A DNA stretch of 64,000 bases from Amphiscolops sp. MND2022 (Eukaryota). The stretch is from positions 71,798,001 through 71,862,000 of the forward strand of contig OZ076409.1 of NCBI GenBank assembly GCA_964187785.1, written 5' to 3'. Shown here one piece after another: positions 13,201-28,442 of the stretch (position 1 is its first letter; each line of letters opens with the position of its first letter). Under the pieces are notes generated by a model. The model saw nothing but the letters and a program-made list of their open reading frames with translations. It was not told the DNA's origin and did not search any database. The position numbers and the translations under genes are program-made.

Positions 13201-14952
13201 ATTGTAGATTATTAGAATTTTATTTTGAATGATTTTTGATGGTTATTAAAAAATTTTGAGCCCCCCAAAAGCGGGCCAAAATTACACGAAAAAATTGACC
13301 TTAAAATTTTAAAATGTCAAATAATCATCGAAACCACAGCTTCTTGGGGTTCTATCCACTCCACATGGCCCACAGAGTATGCCAAACCAGGTTTTGCGCG
13401 TTTTTGAGCAATATTTGAGAAAGCCGAGTTTTTTGGGGAAGAAAAACATAACATTTCCTAATAAAATTCAAATGCACGCCATTTGGCGTATGACAATAGC
13501 ACAGAAAACTATCACATACTAATCAACTCTACTCTCTTTGTAGATCACCAGAGTTTTGCTTAGAATAAATTTTGATGAATATTTGTAAATTTTAAACCCT
13601 CCTAATATGGGCCAAAATCACACGGAAAAATTGACCCTAAGGTATTAAAATGTCAGAAATTCATCAAAACCACAGCTTCTTGGGGTTCTATCATTTCTAT
13701 ATGACTTTCAGAGTATACCAAACAAGGTATTAACATTGGGCGATAATTAAAAACACCAATTTTATTTTAGAAGAAAACCATAATAAGTTCAATATAAGAA
13801 GTGAATCATTCCATATATATACCCTGTCTTATATTTTAAATTAGCGATAATATATATACTTGATGTTTTTTGAAAGTGAGCTTCATAAGTGGTTGAGATG
13901 TGATAATACGTAAATGGATTCCAAGTTTCATCGAAATGTCAATGGAATACGTCCAATCAACTTCAATCTTAACAATTAGATAACAAAAAACCTAAGTACA
14001 TTCCATCTCCCCATCGGGGAGATGAGAATGTACTTTTCAAAAACCAAAAACTTAGATGTTTTTTTTGTAACACTTACTGTAACTGCTGAAATGATGAAAG
14101 AATAATTATGCTTCTAATAACTCCATGGTTTTTTGCTTCAGCATTTTTTTTGCAGAACAAAACCATCAGACATATTTTTCGCAGTTAAGTTCGATCGTAT
14201 TACCCAGTGAACAAAGGTATGGAAGGATGTTTACAAGTTGTTTCAAAACTTTCCCGCCTTCCAAAATAATGAAACGTCTACACAACCAAGATAGCAAATG
14301 AATGAATGCGGAATGCATCTTATTAGATAAGATAAATAACGTGTAGAACTTACCTTTATCTGAAGTTGACGTTGATTTATGATCTTTAGAGGATAGTTTG
14401 ATTTTTGACCATAATAGTGGGAAACTAATTATTATATGAATGATGGCGTGGAAAGCGTTCAGAAATTGTAGTATTTTGGATTCGAGCATGTATGCGTGGG
14501 TTCCTTTGGTGGCGTTAGCTTAGTGTACATGATGGAAGTTTTCGATCTGTTATGATTAATTTTACTCACGAGTCTTTGTTTTTCCTATTTTTTTGCCATT
14601 AAGTACATTCATTCTATCCCCTTTTCTGAGAATGTACGTTTGTCAAATGACTGTCATCCAAATTTTGCATTCCCGAAGAGTTTAAATACATAACACGTGT
14701 TTAGCGTTTCCAAATCACAACCGAGTAACATTCTATTTTTTTTCTCAAAATTGATAATGGTTTTGATTTTGGTGTCTTCTACTTTCATCATCCATCATAA
14801 CAACCACCTTACCATGTCTCTCGCTTGTCTTCATTTTACAACGCCACATAGTGTAGCGACGCCCACAGTCTGTGGGCATGCCGAGGCATGCCCTTCGACG
14901 ACGTATGCCAAATTTAGCAATAGCCCGCGGTCACTACCGCGGTAGCAGCTAG
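10206..14952 (+). mobile_element. Unit U5, 4747 bp, long type L2, B hairpin, beta end
   Basis: Near-identical to U9; collinear with but diverged from L1. Confidence 0.6.
12438..13700 (+). repeat. ~336 bp internal tandem repeat, ~3.8 copies (U5)
   Basis: Same anchors and spacing as in U4. Confidence 0.9.
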
Positions 14953-17900
14953 GTGGGCGGGGGTAATTCCCCAACAAAAAAATCGGCCGGCGGGTCGGGT
15001 CCTGCCGGCCGTCCAAAATCAAAATCCTCCTAGTAGAAAACGGCCGGTCAAACGAGCTATTTTTTTATTTAACCGTTAGAATTTGGGTTTAGATTGCATG
15101 CGGCCATGAAATGGCCATACGAATGGAAGTTCCTGCTGACGTTTTGCGATTGAAACACTTTATAAAAAGTTATGGCCAATTTGTCATTCACCTAGAAGGG
15201 CAAAATGAGGAAAATTTTAACAAAGTCACTGATAACTCAAAATGTAATAATTTTTGGACTTTGACAGTGAAACAAGCTTGGAACTGTCATTTCGTGGCTG
15301 TGGCATTGCACTGAACACAAAAGATGTAAAGTTTTCACATTTTTTGAAAATTCGACATTTTTGAATTTTTTTTCACTACTATCAGTACACTATATGTCAA
15401 AAACGCCTCTGATAAAAATTTTTATTTGCTTAAAATTAGAAACCTTGGTATCCATGGTTTCCGTCAGTACCTACTCGCTGCCAAACGCTCAACAGTTTGC
15501 ATCCAATGTGAAAATATAATTTTTTTCGAGGTCATAGGTGTTTCACAAGGATTTCTCAACTTAGTATCTATTTACAAATTGGTCATTTTGAACACATTAT
15601 TTTCATCGAAGCGTGTCAGATACCACCCTAATGCTCACGAATGGGCCTACTGGCAACGTTGGAACCATTTTTAGTAATAGAAAGTATTAAAAAAATATTT
15701 TCACCCGGTCTTCAGTCATTTTTCAGACATTCGGTACTTAACTTAGAAAAATTTCGCATCAAAAACCCATATTTGGTAGGGTCGAAATTTGAAATTCAGT
15801 TTTTTATGCAAAATTATTAACTCTGACGTAACCAGTGGAGCCCATGATACTCAAAAACACGATTGGGACTGGTATCAGTGGCTCCAATAACATATGAGCC
15901 GCGATAAGACGTTATTCAGAGCAAACGCTCTAAATCGAAGTAAACATCTCTGAAGCCTGGGATCACAGTGAAATGTGATATCACCAAAAGTTTACTCTTT
16001 TTTGTCAATCACTATGTACACAGAGTGCGTAGGGTGAGTTTCAGGACTATAATGAGGTTTTTGAAGTAATCGCGCTGCTCAAGGGGTGGTATGAGACTAT
16101 TTTTTCCCATATACTACTACATTTCCATAAATTTGCAGTCCATTGTCTTGGAAAGATAACTTCACAAAAACAATTTTTCTACTCTATTCAGTTATTAGAA
16201 TAAAGTTGAACACTGTGGTTGATCAGAAATGCTCAATTCTTTTGGTTTTTAAAAAAATTCCTTCGCATTCGTTACATTTGTGGAAGGAAGGTTATCAGTA
16301 GCTCCAAAAAAAACGAAATTTAGCACGAACAGACATGCAACGATGCAAAGCAAAAACGTTTTTACAACTTCCGACGTCATTATTTTACCCAAGAAGTTCG
16401 AAAATATCATTCGCAATGCTGTCATTCGCTATATATACGATCGCGGTCAATTTACAAACATTTAGATTTCATTGTTCTGCTTGAAAACCAATTTTTGTCA
16501 GGTCGAAATTTTAAATTTTGCCTGGGGAGCAATACCCTTCACGCTGAAGTAAACAGTGGGGCCCAAGTTACTCAAAAACAAGAAAGAGACTGCTACAATA
16601 TGTCCTAATAACATATGGACCACGATAGTACGTTTTTCACACAAAAAACTCTCATCCGAAGTAAATATGTTGAAAGCTTTTAATCACCGTGAGAAGTGAT
16701 TTCATCAAAAAATAACTCTTTTTTGTCAATCACTGTTTACACAGAATTTGTAAAGTTAGTTTGAGTCATGAAATGAGGCTTTACCGTAATATGGGTTGCT
16801 CAAGGTGTTATATAAGACAAAAACTTCCTCTTTTCTACTAGCTTCTTCAAATATTTCAACCCTTTGTCACAATAAGTTAATATTCAAAATCTCTTTGAAA
16901 TGTATCTTTATGTTGGGGTGAAGTCTAAGAACAATAACTATGATCGAAGAATGCTAGTACTGGTGTTTGAACCATGTCCGGATGAACAAATCACAAAATC
17001 ATCAAAAAATTGTTCCCTTTTTTGGTTATTTTGGCAGTACTAAAAATGTTAGCCGATAAATAATTTTTTCGATGGCACCATTGGATTCCTCTCAAAAAGT
17101 TGGTTATATGACCTGTGTAATAACCCCGTATCTTTTCAATTTAAATATATTTAAAAAGCCAACTATTTTGACCAAAATCCTAAAAATCATACCATTTCCT
17201 AAAAATTTTCAAATGCACCCCATTTGACGTATAAGATAAGCACAGAAAACTATCATATACCGATCAACTCTACTCCTATTGTAGATTATTAGAATTTTGT
17301 TTAGAATGAATTTTGATGAATATTAAAAAAATTTTGAACCCTCCAAAAATGGGCCAAAATTACACGAAAAAATTGACCTTAAAATACCAAAATGTCAAAA
17401 AATCATCAAAACCCAGGCTTCTTGGGGTTCTATCAACTCCGCGTGGTCCACAGAGTATGCTAAAACAGGTTTTACCCGTTTTTGAGCAATATGTGAAAAA
17501 ACCGACATTTTTGGGAAAGAAAAACATACCATTTCCTAAAAAAATTCAAATGCACGTCATTTGCCGTATTGGAATAGCACAGAAAACTATCACATACCAA
17601 TCAACTCTACTTTCATTGCAGATGAACAGAATTTTGTTTAGAATAAATTTTACCGGATAATAAAAAAATTTGAATACTTCAAAAATGGGCCAAAAATACA
17701 CGAAAAAATGGACCTTAAAAATTAAAATGTCAAAAATCATCAAAACAACAGCTTCTTGGGGTTCTATCAACTCCACGAGGTCCACAGAGTATGCTAAAAC
17801 AGGTTTTACCCGTTTTTGAGCAATATGTGAAAAAGCCGACATTTTTGGGAAAGAAAAACATACCATTTCCTAAAAAAAATCAAATGCACGCCATTTGCCG

Positions 17901-19712
17901 TATGAAAATAGCACAGAAAACTATCACATACCAATCAACTCTACTTTCATTGCAGATGAACAGAATTTTGTTTAGAATAAACTTTACCGGATAATAAAAA
18001 AATTTGATTCCTTCTAAAATGGGCCAAAATTACACGAAAAAATGGACCTTAAAATTTTAAAATGTCAAAAAATCATCAAAACCACGGCTTCTTGGGGTTC
18101 TATCAACTCCACGTGGTCCACAGAGTATGCTTAACCCGGTTTTACCCATCTTTGAGCAAAATGTGAAAATACCGACATTTTTGGAAAAGAAAAACATGCC
18201 ATTTTCTAATAAATTTCAAATGCACGCCATTTGCTGTATGAGAATAACACAGAAAGCTGTCACATACCGATCAACTCTACTTCCATTGTAGATTATCAGA
18301 AGTTTGTTTAGAATAAATTTTGAAGGATAATAAAAAAATTTGAATCCATCAAAAATGGGCCAAAATTACACGAAAAAATTGACCTTAAAATATCAAAATG
18401 TCAAAAAATCATCAAAACCACAATTTCTTGGCGTTCTATCAACTCCATATGATACCAAACCAGGTACTGCCAATCGTTTGAGTTATAATAAAAAAACGTC
18501 TTTTTTGGCAAGAATTCCATACCATAAATAATAATCATGTTCCATATAAGAAGCGAATCATTTCAGATATATACCCTGTTCATTTTTTTTAATATTACCG
18601 ATCATTAATTTTATAGATGTTTTGAATGTGAGCTTCCTAAAAGGTTCAGGTGTGATGATACGTAAATAGAACCTTAGTTTCATCGAAATCTCAATTGAAT
18701 ATGTCCAATCTTAACCATCAGATAACAAGAAACACTTAAGTACATTCCATCTCCCCATCGGGGGAGATGAGAATGTACTTTCGAGAAGCCAAATACGTCC
18801 AACATTCAAACTTTTGTAACTTTGTATGTAACTCCTGAAACGAAGAAGGAATAAAATTGTTTCTGGTACATACATGAGTCTTTACTTCAGCTTCTATTTC
18901 TGCTGAACAAAACCATTCGACTCTTTTACCGGAGTTAAGATCGATTGTTTTACCCAGTGAACAAAGGCATGACTGAAAACGTTTACTACTTTGTTCATAA
19001 TTTTCCGGCCTTCCGAAATGATGAAACGTCCACATAACTAAGATAGCAAGTGAATGACTGCGAAATGCACCTTATTAGATGAGGTAAATAACGTGTAAAA
19101 CTCTCCTTTATCCTAACATGAGGTTGAGTAATGATCATTTGAGAATAGTTTGATATGTGAATACAATAGTATAAAACAAGTACATTTTATATGAATAACG
19201 CCGTGGAAAGCGTTCAGAAAGGACAGTAGGCTTGTTTGGAACATGTATGTGTGGTGTCCCTTGGTGGCGTTCGCTTAGTGTATATGTCGAGGGGTATTCG
19301 AGTTGTTATGATAGAATTTACACACAAGTCTTTTGTTTTTTGGTTTTTTTACAATGTCGTTAAGTACCTGCATTCTATCCCCTTCTCAGAGATGACGTGA
19401 AGTTACGTTTGCTAAATAAATGTCATCGAAAGATCACACTCCCGACGAAATTAACTATCTTAACACGTGTTTAGAATTTTAAATAAACAACCGTATAAGA
19501 TTTTTATATTTCATTGAGTTTGATGAAGTCTTTTGTTCTTCTCACTACTATTTCAACCAATACACATATCCGTTACCATATCACATGTCTCCATTAGTAC
19601 AACGCCACATAGCGTTCCGACGCCCACAGTCTGTGGGCATGCCGAGGCATGCCCTTCGACGACGTATGGCAAATGGAGCCATGCCCGCCGTCTTTACGGC
19701 GGTAGCGGCTAG
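14953..19712 (+). mobile_element. Unit U6, 4760 bp, long type L1
   Basis: Near-identical to U4 and U11. Confidence 0.6.
17186..18450 (+). repeat. ~336 bp internal tandem repeat (U6)
   Basis: Same anchors and spacing as in U4. Confidence 0.9.
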
Positions 19713-21707
19713 GTGGGCGGGGGTAATTCCCCAACAAAAATTACGGCCGGCGGGTTGGGTCCTGCCGGACGTCAAATAGCAAAGAATATCTAGTAGGAAA
19801 CGGCGACACAGAATCGCGATTTTTAAATCTAACCACAATTTTTTGGACTTGGAGTGCATGCGGCCCTGAAATGCCCATACGAATCGAAGTTCCTGCTGAC
19901 GTTAAGCGATTGAAATAATATATAAAAAGTTATGGCCCATTTTTCACTCACAAAGAAGGGTAAAATGAGGAAATTTTTAACAAAGTCGCTGATAACTCAA
20001 AATGTGTTAATTTTTGGACATTGACTGTGAAACAAGCTTGGAACCTTCATTTCGTGGCTGTGGCATTGCACTGAACACAAAAGATGTAAATTTTTTACAT
20101 TTTTTGAAAATTCGACATTTTTGAAATTTTTTTCACTACTATCAGTACCCCATATGTCAAAAACGCTTCAGAAAAATTTTTTATTTGCTTTAAATTGGAA
20201 ACCTTGGTATCCATGGTTTCTGTCGGAACCTACTCGCAGCCAAACACTCAACAGTTTGCATCCAATGTGAAAATAAATTTTTTTTCGGGGTCATAAGCGT
20301 TTCACAAGGATTTCTCAACTTAGTATTATTTTACAAAATGGTCATTTTGAACACAATATTTTCATCGAGGCTTGTCGGCTATAGCCTTAATGTTCTAGAA
20401 CGGTCCCACTGGCAACGTAGGAACCATTTATAGTAATGGAAAGTAATAAAAAAATATTTTCACCCGGTCTTCAGTCATTTTTCAGTCATTCGGAACTTAA
20501 CTTAGAAAAATTTCGACCAAAATACCCATTTTTTGTCAGGTCGAAAATTCAAATTCAGATTTTTAAGCAAAATTATTAACTCTGACGTAACCCATGGGGC
20601 CCATGATACTCAAAACAACGATTGACACTGGTATCAATGGCTCCAATAACATATGAGTCGCGATAAGACGTTATTTTGAGCAATACGTCTCAATTGAGGT
20701 AAAGATCTCGCAAGCCAGCGATCACTGTGAAATGTGATTTCATAAAAAATTTACTCATTTTTGTCAATCACTATGTGCACAGAATGCGTAGGGTGAGTTC
20801 CAGCACTATAATGAGGTTTTTGAAGGCATCGAGTTGCTCAAGGGGTGGTATGAGACATTTTTTCCCTATATACTACTGTATTTTCCAAAACTTTTACCCC
20901 ATTATCTGGAGAAACTAACTTGACAAAATACTTGCAATAACTTTATTTAAAGGTTACAATGTAGATGAACCCTGTGGTTGATCAGAAACTCTCATCTCAT
21001 TCGTTTTCCTGAATAATTCCCTTCTAATGTGTTACATTTGTAGCAGAAAAAAAACCGAACCAAAAAAAATACGCGATTTTGCTGAGATAGAATCGCAATG
21101 GTTACGCCTAAAATCTCTTTAAATACTTCTAACGCAACCTTACGGACCCAAAAAGATTGAAAATGCCATTCACAATGCTGACATGTGCTCTTTCTACGAT
21201 CCTGGCTTGACAAGTTTTGCATATTATTCAAGTACCTGTTAACTGAATTTTGTGATAGCCTTTCAAGTTGGCCTTGTGTCAACTTGGGAAGGCTATCACA
21301 TCAAAAAACTTTCATCAAAAATACTTTTCGTTTAAACGATATTGTATTCGATATTTATTTTCGTGATTTTACACTACCGCTAGTACCTTCCGCCAGGTCA
21401 GCTGACGATTGCAAGCAGCCTTTGTTAAAAACCTATGAACACCAATATTTTTTTCTCATACTTTTGTTGAAGAAAAGTACAAATAAACAATAAAAATATA
21501 ATTTTAACCTTTAACAACACTAATTTGTCTTTATCGTTATCAGTCCTACCACCCATACCCATCATCATCCTATGCCACGGCCCGGTGATTAGTACAACGC
21601 CACATAGTGTAGCGACGCCCACAGTCTGTGGGCATGCCGAGGCATGCCCTTCGACGACGTATGCCAATTTTAGCGTAGCCCGCGGTCACTACCGCGGTAG
21701 CAGCTAG
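19713..21707 (+). mobile_element. Unit U7, 1995 bp, 2 kb family, beta end
   Basis: Body near-identical to U3; first ~100 bp are of the U2 type. Confidence 0.6.
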
Positions 21708-23692
21708 GTGGGCGGGGGTAATTCCCCAACAAAAATTACGGCCGGCGGGTTGGGTCCTGCCGGACGTCAAATAGCAAAGAATATCTAGTAGGAAACGGCG
21801 ACACAGAATCGCGATTTTTAAATCTAACCACAATTTTTTGGACTTGGAGTGCATGCGGCCCTGAAATGCCCATACGAATCGAAGTTCCTGCTGACGTTAA
21901 GCGATTGAAATAATATATAAAAAGTTATGGCCCATTTTTCACTCACATAGAAGGGTAAAATGAGGAAATTTTTAACAAAGTCGCTGATAACTCAAAATGT
22001 GTTAATTTTTGGACATTGACTGTGAAACAAGCTTGGAACCTTCATTTCGTGGCTGTGGCATTGCACTAAACACAAAAGATGTAAAGTTTTTACATTTTTT
22101 GAAAATTTGACATTTTTGAAATTTTTTTCACTACTATCAGTACCCCATATGTCAAAAACGCCTCAGAAAAAAATTTTTATTTGTTTTAAATTGGAAACCT
22201 TGGTATCCATGGTTTCTGTCGGAACCTACTCGCAGCCAAACACTCAACAGTTTGCATCCAATGTGAAAATAAAATTTTTTTCGGGGTCATAAGCGTTTCA
22301 CAAGGATTTCTCAACTTAGTATTAATTTACAAAATGGTCATTTTGAACACAAAATTTTCATCGAGGCTTGTCGGCTATAGGCTTAATGTTCTAGAACGGT
22401 CCCACTGGCAACGTAGGAACCATTTATAGTAATTGAAAGTTATAAAAATTTTTTTTCCACCCGTTCTTCAGTCATTTTTCAGACATTCGGAACTTATCTT
22501 AGAAAAATTTCGTCTCAAACACCCATTTTTTGACAGGTCGAAAAATCAAATTAGGATTTTTAAGCAAAATTATTATTTCTGACGTAACCCATGGGGCCCA
22601 TGATACTCAAAACAACGATTGACACTGGTATCAATGGCTCCAATAACATATGAGTCGCGATAAGACGTTATTTTGAGCAATACGTCTCAATTGAGGTAAA
22701 CATCTCGCAAGCCTGGGATCACAGTGAAATGTAAATTCATCAAAAATTTACTCATTTTTGTCAATCACTATGTGCACAGAGTGCGTAGGGTGAGTTCCAG
22801 CACTATAATGAGGTTTTTGAAGGCATCGGGTTGCTCAAGGGGTGGTATGAGACATTTTTTTCTATATACTACTGTATTTTCCAAAACTTTTAGCCCATTA
22901 TCTGGAAAAACTAACTTGACAAAATACTTTCAATGATTTTATTCAAAGGCTACAATGTAGATGAACCCAGTGGTTGATCAGAAACTTTCATCTCTTTCGT
23001 TTTCCGAAATATTTCCCTTCGCATGTGTTACATTTGTAGCAGAAAAAAAAATCGAAACTGAAAAATACGCTATTTTGCTAATATAGAATCGCAATGATTG
23101 TGCCTAAAAACTCTTTAAACACATCTAACGCGACCTTACGCACCCAAAATGATCAAAAATGCTATTCACAATGGTGACATGTGCTCTTTCAACGATCCTG
23201 ACTGAACAATTTTCGCAAATTATTCAAGTACCTGTTAACTGAATCTCGTGATAGCCTTTTAAGTTGGCCTTGTGTCAACTTGGGAAGGCTATCACATCAA
23301 AAAATTTTCAACAAAAATACTTTTTGTTTATTGGAAATGACAGTCGATATATAATTTCGTGATTCTATACTACCGTTAGTACCTTCCATTAAGTCACCTG
23401 ACGATTGCTTTCAGTCTTTGATAAATACCTATGAACTCGAAGTCTTATTTATAAATTTTGTGCTAAAAATAAACATCAAAACTATCCAAATTATTTAAAA
23501 TTGAGTCTTTACCGTTTTTGTTTTTCTTTTTCTACTGTTATTAGGCTCATCAACTTCCTACAGCCACGCTCTCTGTCATACTGTACAACGCCACATAGTG
23601 TTGCGACGTGCACGGTCTGTGGGCATGCCGAGGCATGCCCTTCGACGACGTATGCCGAATACCGCGGGCCTACGCCCGCGCTCCCCGGCTAG
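21708..23692 (+). mobile_element. Unit U8, 1985 bp, 2 kb family, alpha end
   Basis: Junction-bounded; 3' part resembles U10 and U21. Confidence 0.6.
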
Positions 23693-26600
23693 GTGGGCGG
23701 GGGTAATTCCCCAACTAAAAATTCGGCCGGCGGGTCGGGTCCTGCCGGCCGTCCAAAATCAAAATCCTACTAGTAGAAAACGGCATGTCAAACGAGCTAT
23801 TTTTTTATTTAACCGTTAGAATTTGGGTTTAGATTGCATGCGGCCATGAAATGGCCATACGAATTGAAGTTCCTGCTGACGTTTTGCGATTGAAACACTT
23901 TATAAAAAGTTATGGCCAATTTGTCAGTCACCTAGAAGGGCAAAATGAGGAAAATTTTAACAAAGTCGCTGATATCTCAAAATGTGTTAATTTTTGGACT
24001 TTGACTGTGAAACAAGCTTGGAACCTTCATTTCGTGGCTGTGGCATTGCACTGAACACAAAAGCTGTAAAGTTTTCACATTTTTTGAAAATTCGACATTT
24101 TTGAAATTTCTTTCACTACCATCAGTACCCCATATGTCAAAAACACCTCAGAAAAAAATTTTTATTTGCTTTAAATTGGAAACCTTGGTATCCATGGTTT
24201 CTGTCGGAACCTACTCGCAGCCAAACACCCAACAGTTTGCATCCAATGTGAAATAAAAAAATTTTTCGAGGTCATAAGCGTTTCACAAGGTTTTCATGAT
24301 TTAGTATTAAATTACATAGTGGTCATTTTAAACATAAAATTTTGGTCCAGGCATGTCGGATATAGTCTGAATGCTCACGAACGGTCCTACTGGCAACGTA
24401 TGAACCATTTATAGTAATAAAAAGTATTAAAAAAATTTTTTCACCCGGTCTTCAGTCATTTTTCAGACATTCGGAACTTAACTTAGAAAATTTTCGAACC
24501 AAATACCCATTTTTTGTCAGGTCGAAAATTGAAATTCAGCTAATAAAGCAAAATTTTTTACTCTGACGTAACCAGTGGGGTCCATGATACTCAAAAATAC
24601 GATTGGGACTGGTACCAATGGCTCCTATATCATATGAGCCGCGATAAGATGTTATTTCGAGCAATACGTCTCAATTGAGGTAAACATCTCGCAAGCCTGG
24701 GATCACAGTGAATTGTAATTTTATCAAAATTTTACTCATTTTTGTCAATCACTATGTGCACAGAGTGCGTAGGGGGAGTTGTAGCACTATAATGAGGTTT
24801 TTGAAGGCATCGGGTTGCTCAAGGGGTGGTATGAGACATTTTTTTCCTATATACTACTGTATTTTCCAAAACTTTTAGCCCATTATCTGCAAAAACTAAC
24901 TTGACAAAATACTTTGAGTTACTCTACTCAAAGCTTAGAACATAGATGAACACTGTGGTTGATCAGAAACTATTTACTATTTTGTTTTTAGAAAAAACTG
25001 CCTTGCATGTGTTACACTAGTGGCAGGAAAAATACCAGTAGCTCCAAAAATCACAAATTTGGACGGACAGACTTGCAATGATGCAAAGCAAAAACGTTTC
25101 AACAACTTCTGACGCCACTTCTTTTACCCAAGAGGTTCGAAAACGCCATTAACAAGGCTGACATTCGCAATAAATAAGATCGAGGTCCATTTACTAACAC
25201 TTAGGTTTCAAATTTGTTTCTGAGAAACCCGTTTTTGTCAGGTCGCAATTTCAAATTTAATTTGGGAAGCAAAATTTTTCACTCTGAAGCAAACCGCTGG
25301 GCCCAAATTACTCAAAAACAACAAAAAGACTATCACCATATGCTCTAATAACATATGAGATGCGACAGTATGCTTTTAACACAAAAACTCTCATCCGAAG
25401 TAAACATGTTGAAAGCCTTGAATCACCGTGAGAAGTGATTTCATCAAAAAATATTTCTTTTTCGTCAATCACTATATACACAAAACCCGTTGTGTTAGTT
25501 TCAGCCGTGAAATGAGGTTCTACCGTAATATGGGTTGCTCAAGGTGTTGTATAAGAGAAAATCGTCCTCTTTTCTACTAACTTCTTCAAATATTTCGACC
25601 CTTTGTCACACGAAGTTAAAATTCAAAATCTCTTTGAATTGTTTCTTTAGGTTGGGATGAAGTGGTAGAACAATAACTTTGATCCAAGAATGCTAGTATT
25701 GGTGTTTGGACCATGTTTGGATGAACAAATCGCAAAATCATGAAAAATTTGTTTCTTTTTTTGGTTATTTTGGCAGTACTAAAAATGTTAGCTGACAAAT
25801 AATTTTTTCGATAGCACCATTGGATTCCGCTCAAAAAGTTGGTTATATGACATGTGTAATAACGCCGTATCTTTTCAATTTAAATATATTTAAAAAGCCA
25901 ACTTTTTTGACCAAAATCCTAAAAATCATACCATTTCCTAAAAAATTTCAAATGCACCCCATTTGACGTATAACAATAGCACAGAAAACTATCATATACC
26001 GATCAACTCTACTCTCATTGTGGATTATTAGCATTTTGTTTTGAACGAATTTTGATGGATATTAAAAAATTTTGAACCCTCCAAATATGGGCCAAAATTA
26101 CACGAAAAAATTGACCTTAAAATTTTAAAATGTCAAAAAATCATCAAAACTACAGCTTCTTGGGGTTCTATCAACTCCACGTGGTCCACAGAGTACGCTA
26201 AAACAGGTTTTACCCGTTTTTGAGCAATATGTGAAAAAGCCGACATTTTTGGGAAAGAAAAACATCCCATTTCCTAAAAAAATTCAATTGCACGCCATTT
26301 GCCGTATGAGAATAGCACGGAAAACTATCACATACCGATCAACTCTACTTTTATTGTAGATGATTAAAAATTAGTTTAAAACAAATTTTGACGGATATTA
26401 AAAAATTTTAAACCCTTAAAAAATGGGCCAAAATTACACGAAAAAATTGACCTTAAAATTTTAAAATGTCACAAAATCATCAAAACCACAGCTTCTTGGG
26501 GTTCTATCAACTCCACGTGGTCCACAGAGTACGCTAAAACAGGTTTTACCCGTTTTTGAGCAATATGTGAAAAAGCCGACATTTTTGGGGAAGAAAAAAT

Positions 26601-28442
26601 AGGCATTTCCTAAAAAAATCAAATGCACGCCATTTGCCGTATAAGAATAGCACAGAAAACTATCATATACCGATCAACTCTACTCCCATTGTAGATTATT
26701 AGAATTTTATTTTGAATGATTTTTGATGGTTATTAAAAAATTTTGAGCCCCCCAAAAGCGGGCCAAAATTACACGAAAAAATTGACCTTAAAATTTTAAA
26801 ATGTCAAATAATCATCGAAACCACAGCTTCTTGGGGTTCTATCCACTCCACATGGCCCACAGAGTATGCCAAACCAGGTTTTGCGCGTTTTTGAGCAATA
26901 TTTGAGAAAGCCGAGTTTTTTGGGGAAGAAAAACATAACATTTCCTAATAAAATTCAAATGCACGCCATTTGGCGTATGACAATAGCACAGAAAACTATC
27001 ACATACTAATCAACTCTACTCTCTTTGTAGATCACCAGAGTTTTGCTTAGAATAAATTTTGATGAATATTTGTAAATTTTAAACCCTCCTAATATGGGCC
27101 AAAATCACACGGAAAAATTGACCGTAAGGTATTAAAATGTCAGAAATTCATCAAAACCACAGCTTCTTGGGGTTCTATCATTTCTATATGACTTTCAGAG
27201 TATACCAAACAAGGTATTAACATTGGGCGATAATTAAAAACACCAATTTTATTTTAGAAGAAAACCATAATAAGTTCAATATAAGAAGTGAATCATTCCA
27301 TATATATACCCTGTCTTATATTTTAAATTAGCGATAATATATATACTTGATGTTTTTTGAAAGTGAGCTTCATAAGTGGTTGAGATGTGATAATACGTAA
27401 ATGGATTCCAAGTTTCATCGAAATGTCAATGGAATACGTCCAATCAACTTCAATCTTAACAATTAGATAACAAAAAACCTAAGTACATTCCATCTCCCCA
27501 TCGGGGAGATGAGAATGTACTTTTCAAAAACCAAAAACTTAGATGTTTTTTTTTTGTAACACTTACTGTAACTGCTGAAATGATGAAAGAATAATTATGC
27601 TTCTAATAACTCCATGATTTTTTGCTTCAGCATTTTTTTTGCAGAACAAAACCATCAGACATATTTTTCGCAGTTAAGTTCGATCGTATTACCCAGTGAA
27701 CAAAGGTATGGAAGGATGTTTACAAGTTGTTTCAAAACTTTCCCGCCTTCCAAAATAATGAAACGTCTACACAACCAAGATAGCAAATGAATGAATGCGG
27801 AATGCATCTTATTAGATAAGATAAATAACGTGTAGAACTTACCTTTATCTGAAGTTGACGTTGATTTATGATCTTTAGAGGATAGTTTGATTTTTGACCA
27901 TAATAGTGGGAAACTAATTATTATATGAATGATGGCGTGGAAAGCGTTCAGAAATTGTAGTATTTTGGATTCGAGCATGTATGCGTGGGTTCCTTTGGTG
28001 GCGTTAGCTTAGTGTACATGATGGAAGTTTTCGATCTGTTATGATTAATTTTACTCACGAGTCTTTGTTTTTCCTATTTTTTTGCCATTAAGTACATTCA
28101 TTCTATCCCCTTTTCTGAGAATGTACGTTTGTCAAATGACTGTCATCCAAATTTTGCATTCCCGAAGAGTTTAAATACATAACACGTGTTTAGCGTTTCC
28201 AAATCACAACCGAGTAACATTCTATTTTTTTTTCTCAAAATTGATAATGGTTTTGATTTTGGTGTCTTCTACTTTCATCATCCATCATAACAACCACCTT
28301 ACCATGTCTCTCGCTTGTCTTCATTTTACAACGCCACATAGTGTAGCGACGCCCACAGTCTGTGGGCATGCCGAGGCATGCCCTTCGACGACGTATGCCA
28401 AATTTAGCGTTAGCCCGCGGTCACTACCGCGGTAGCAGCTAG
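23693..28442 (+). mobile_element. Unit U9, 4750 bp, long type L2
   Basis: Near-identical to U5. Confidence 0.6.
25925..27190 (+). repeat. ~336 bp internal tandem repeat (U9)
   Basis: Same anchors and spacing as in U5. Confidence 0.9.
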
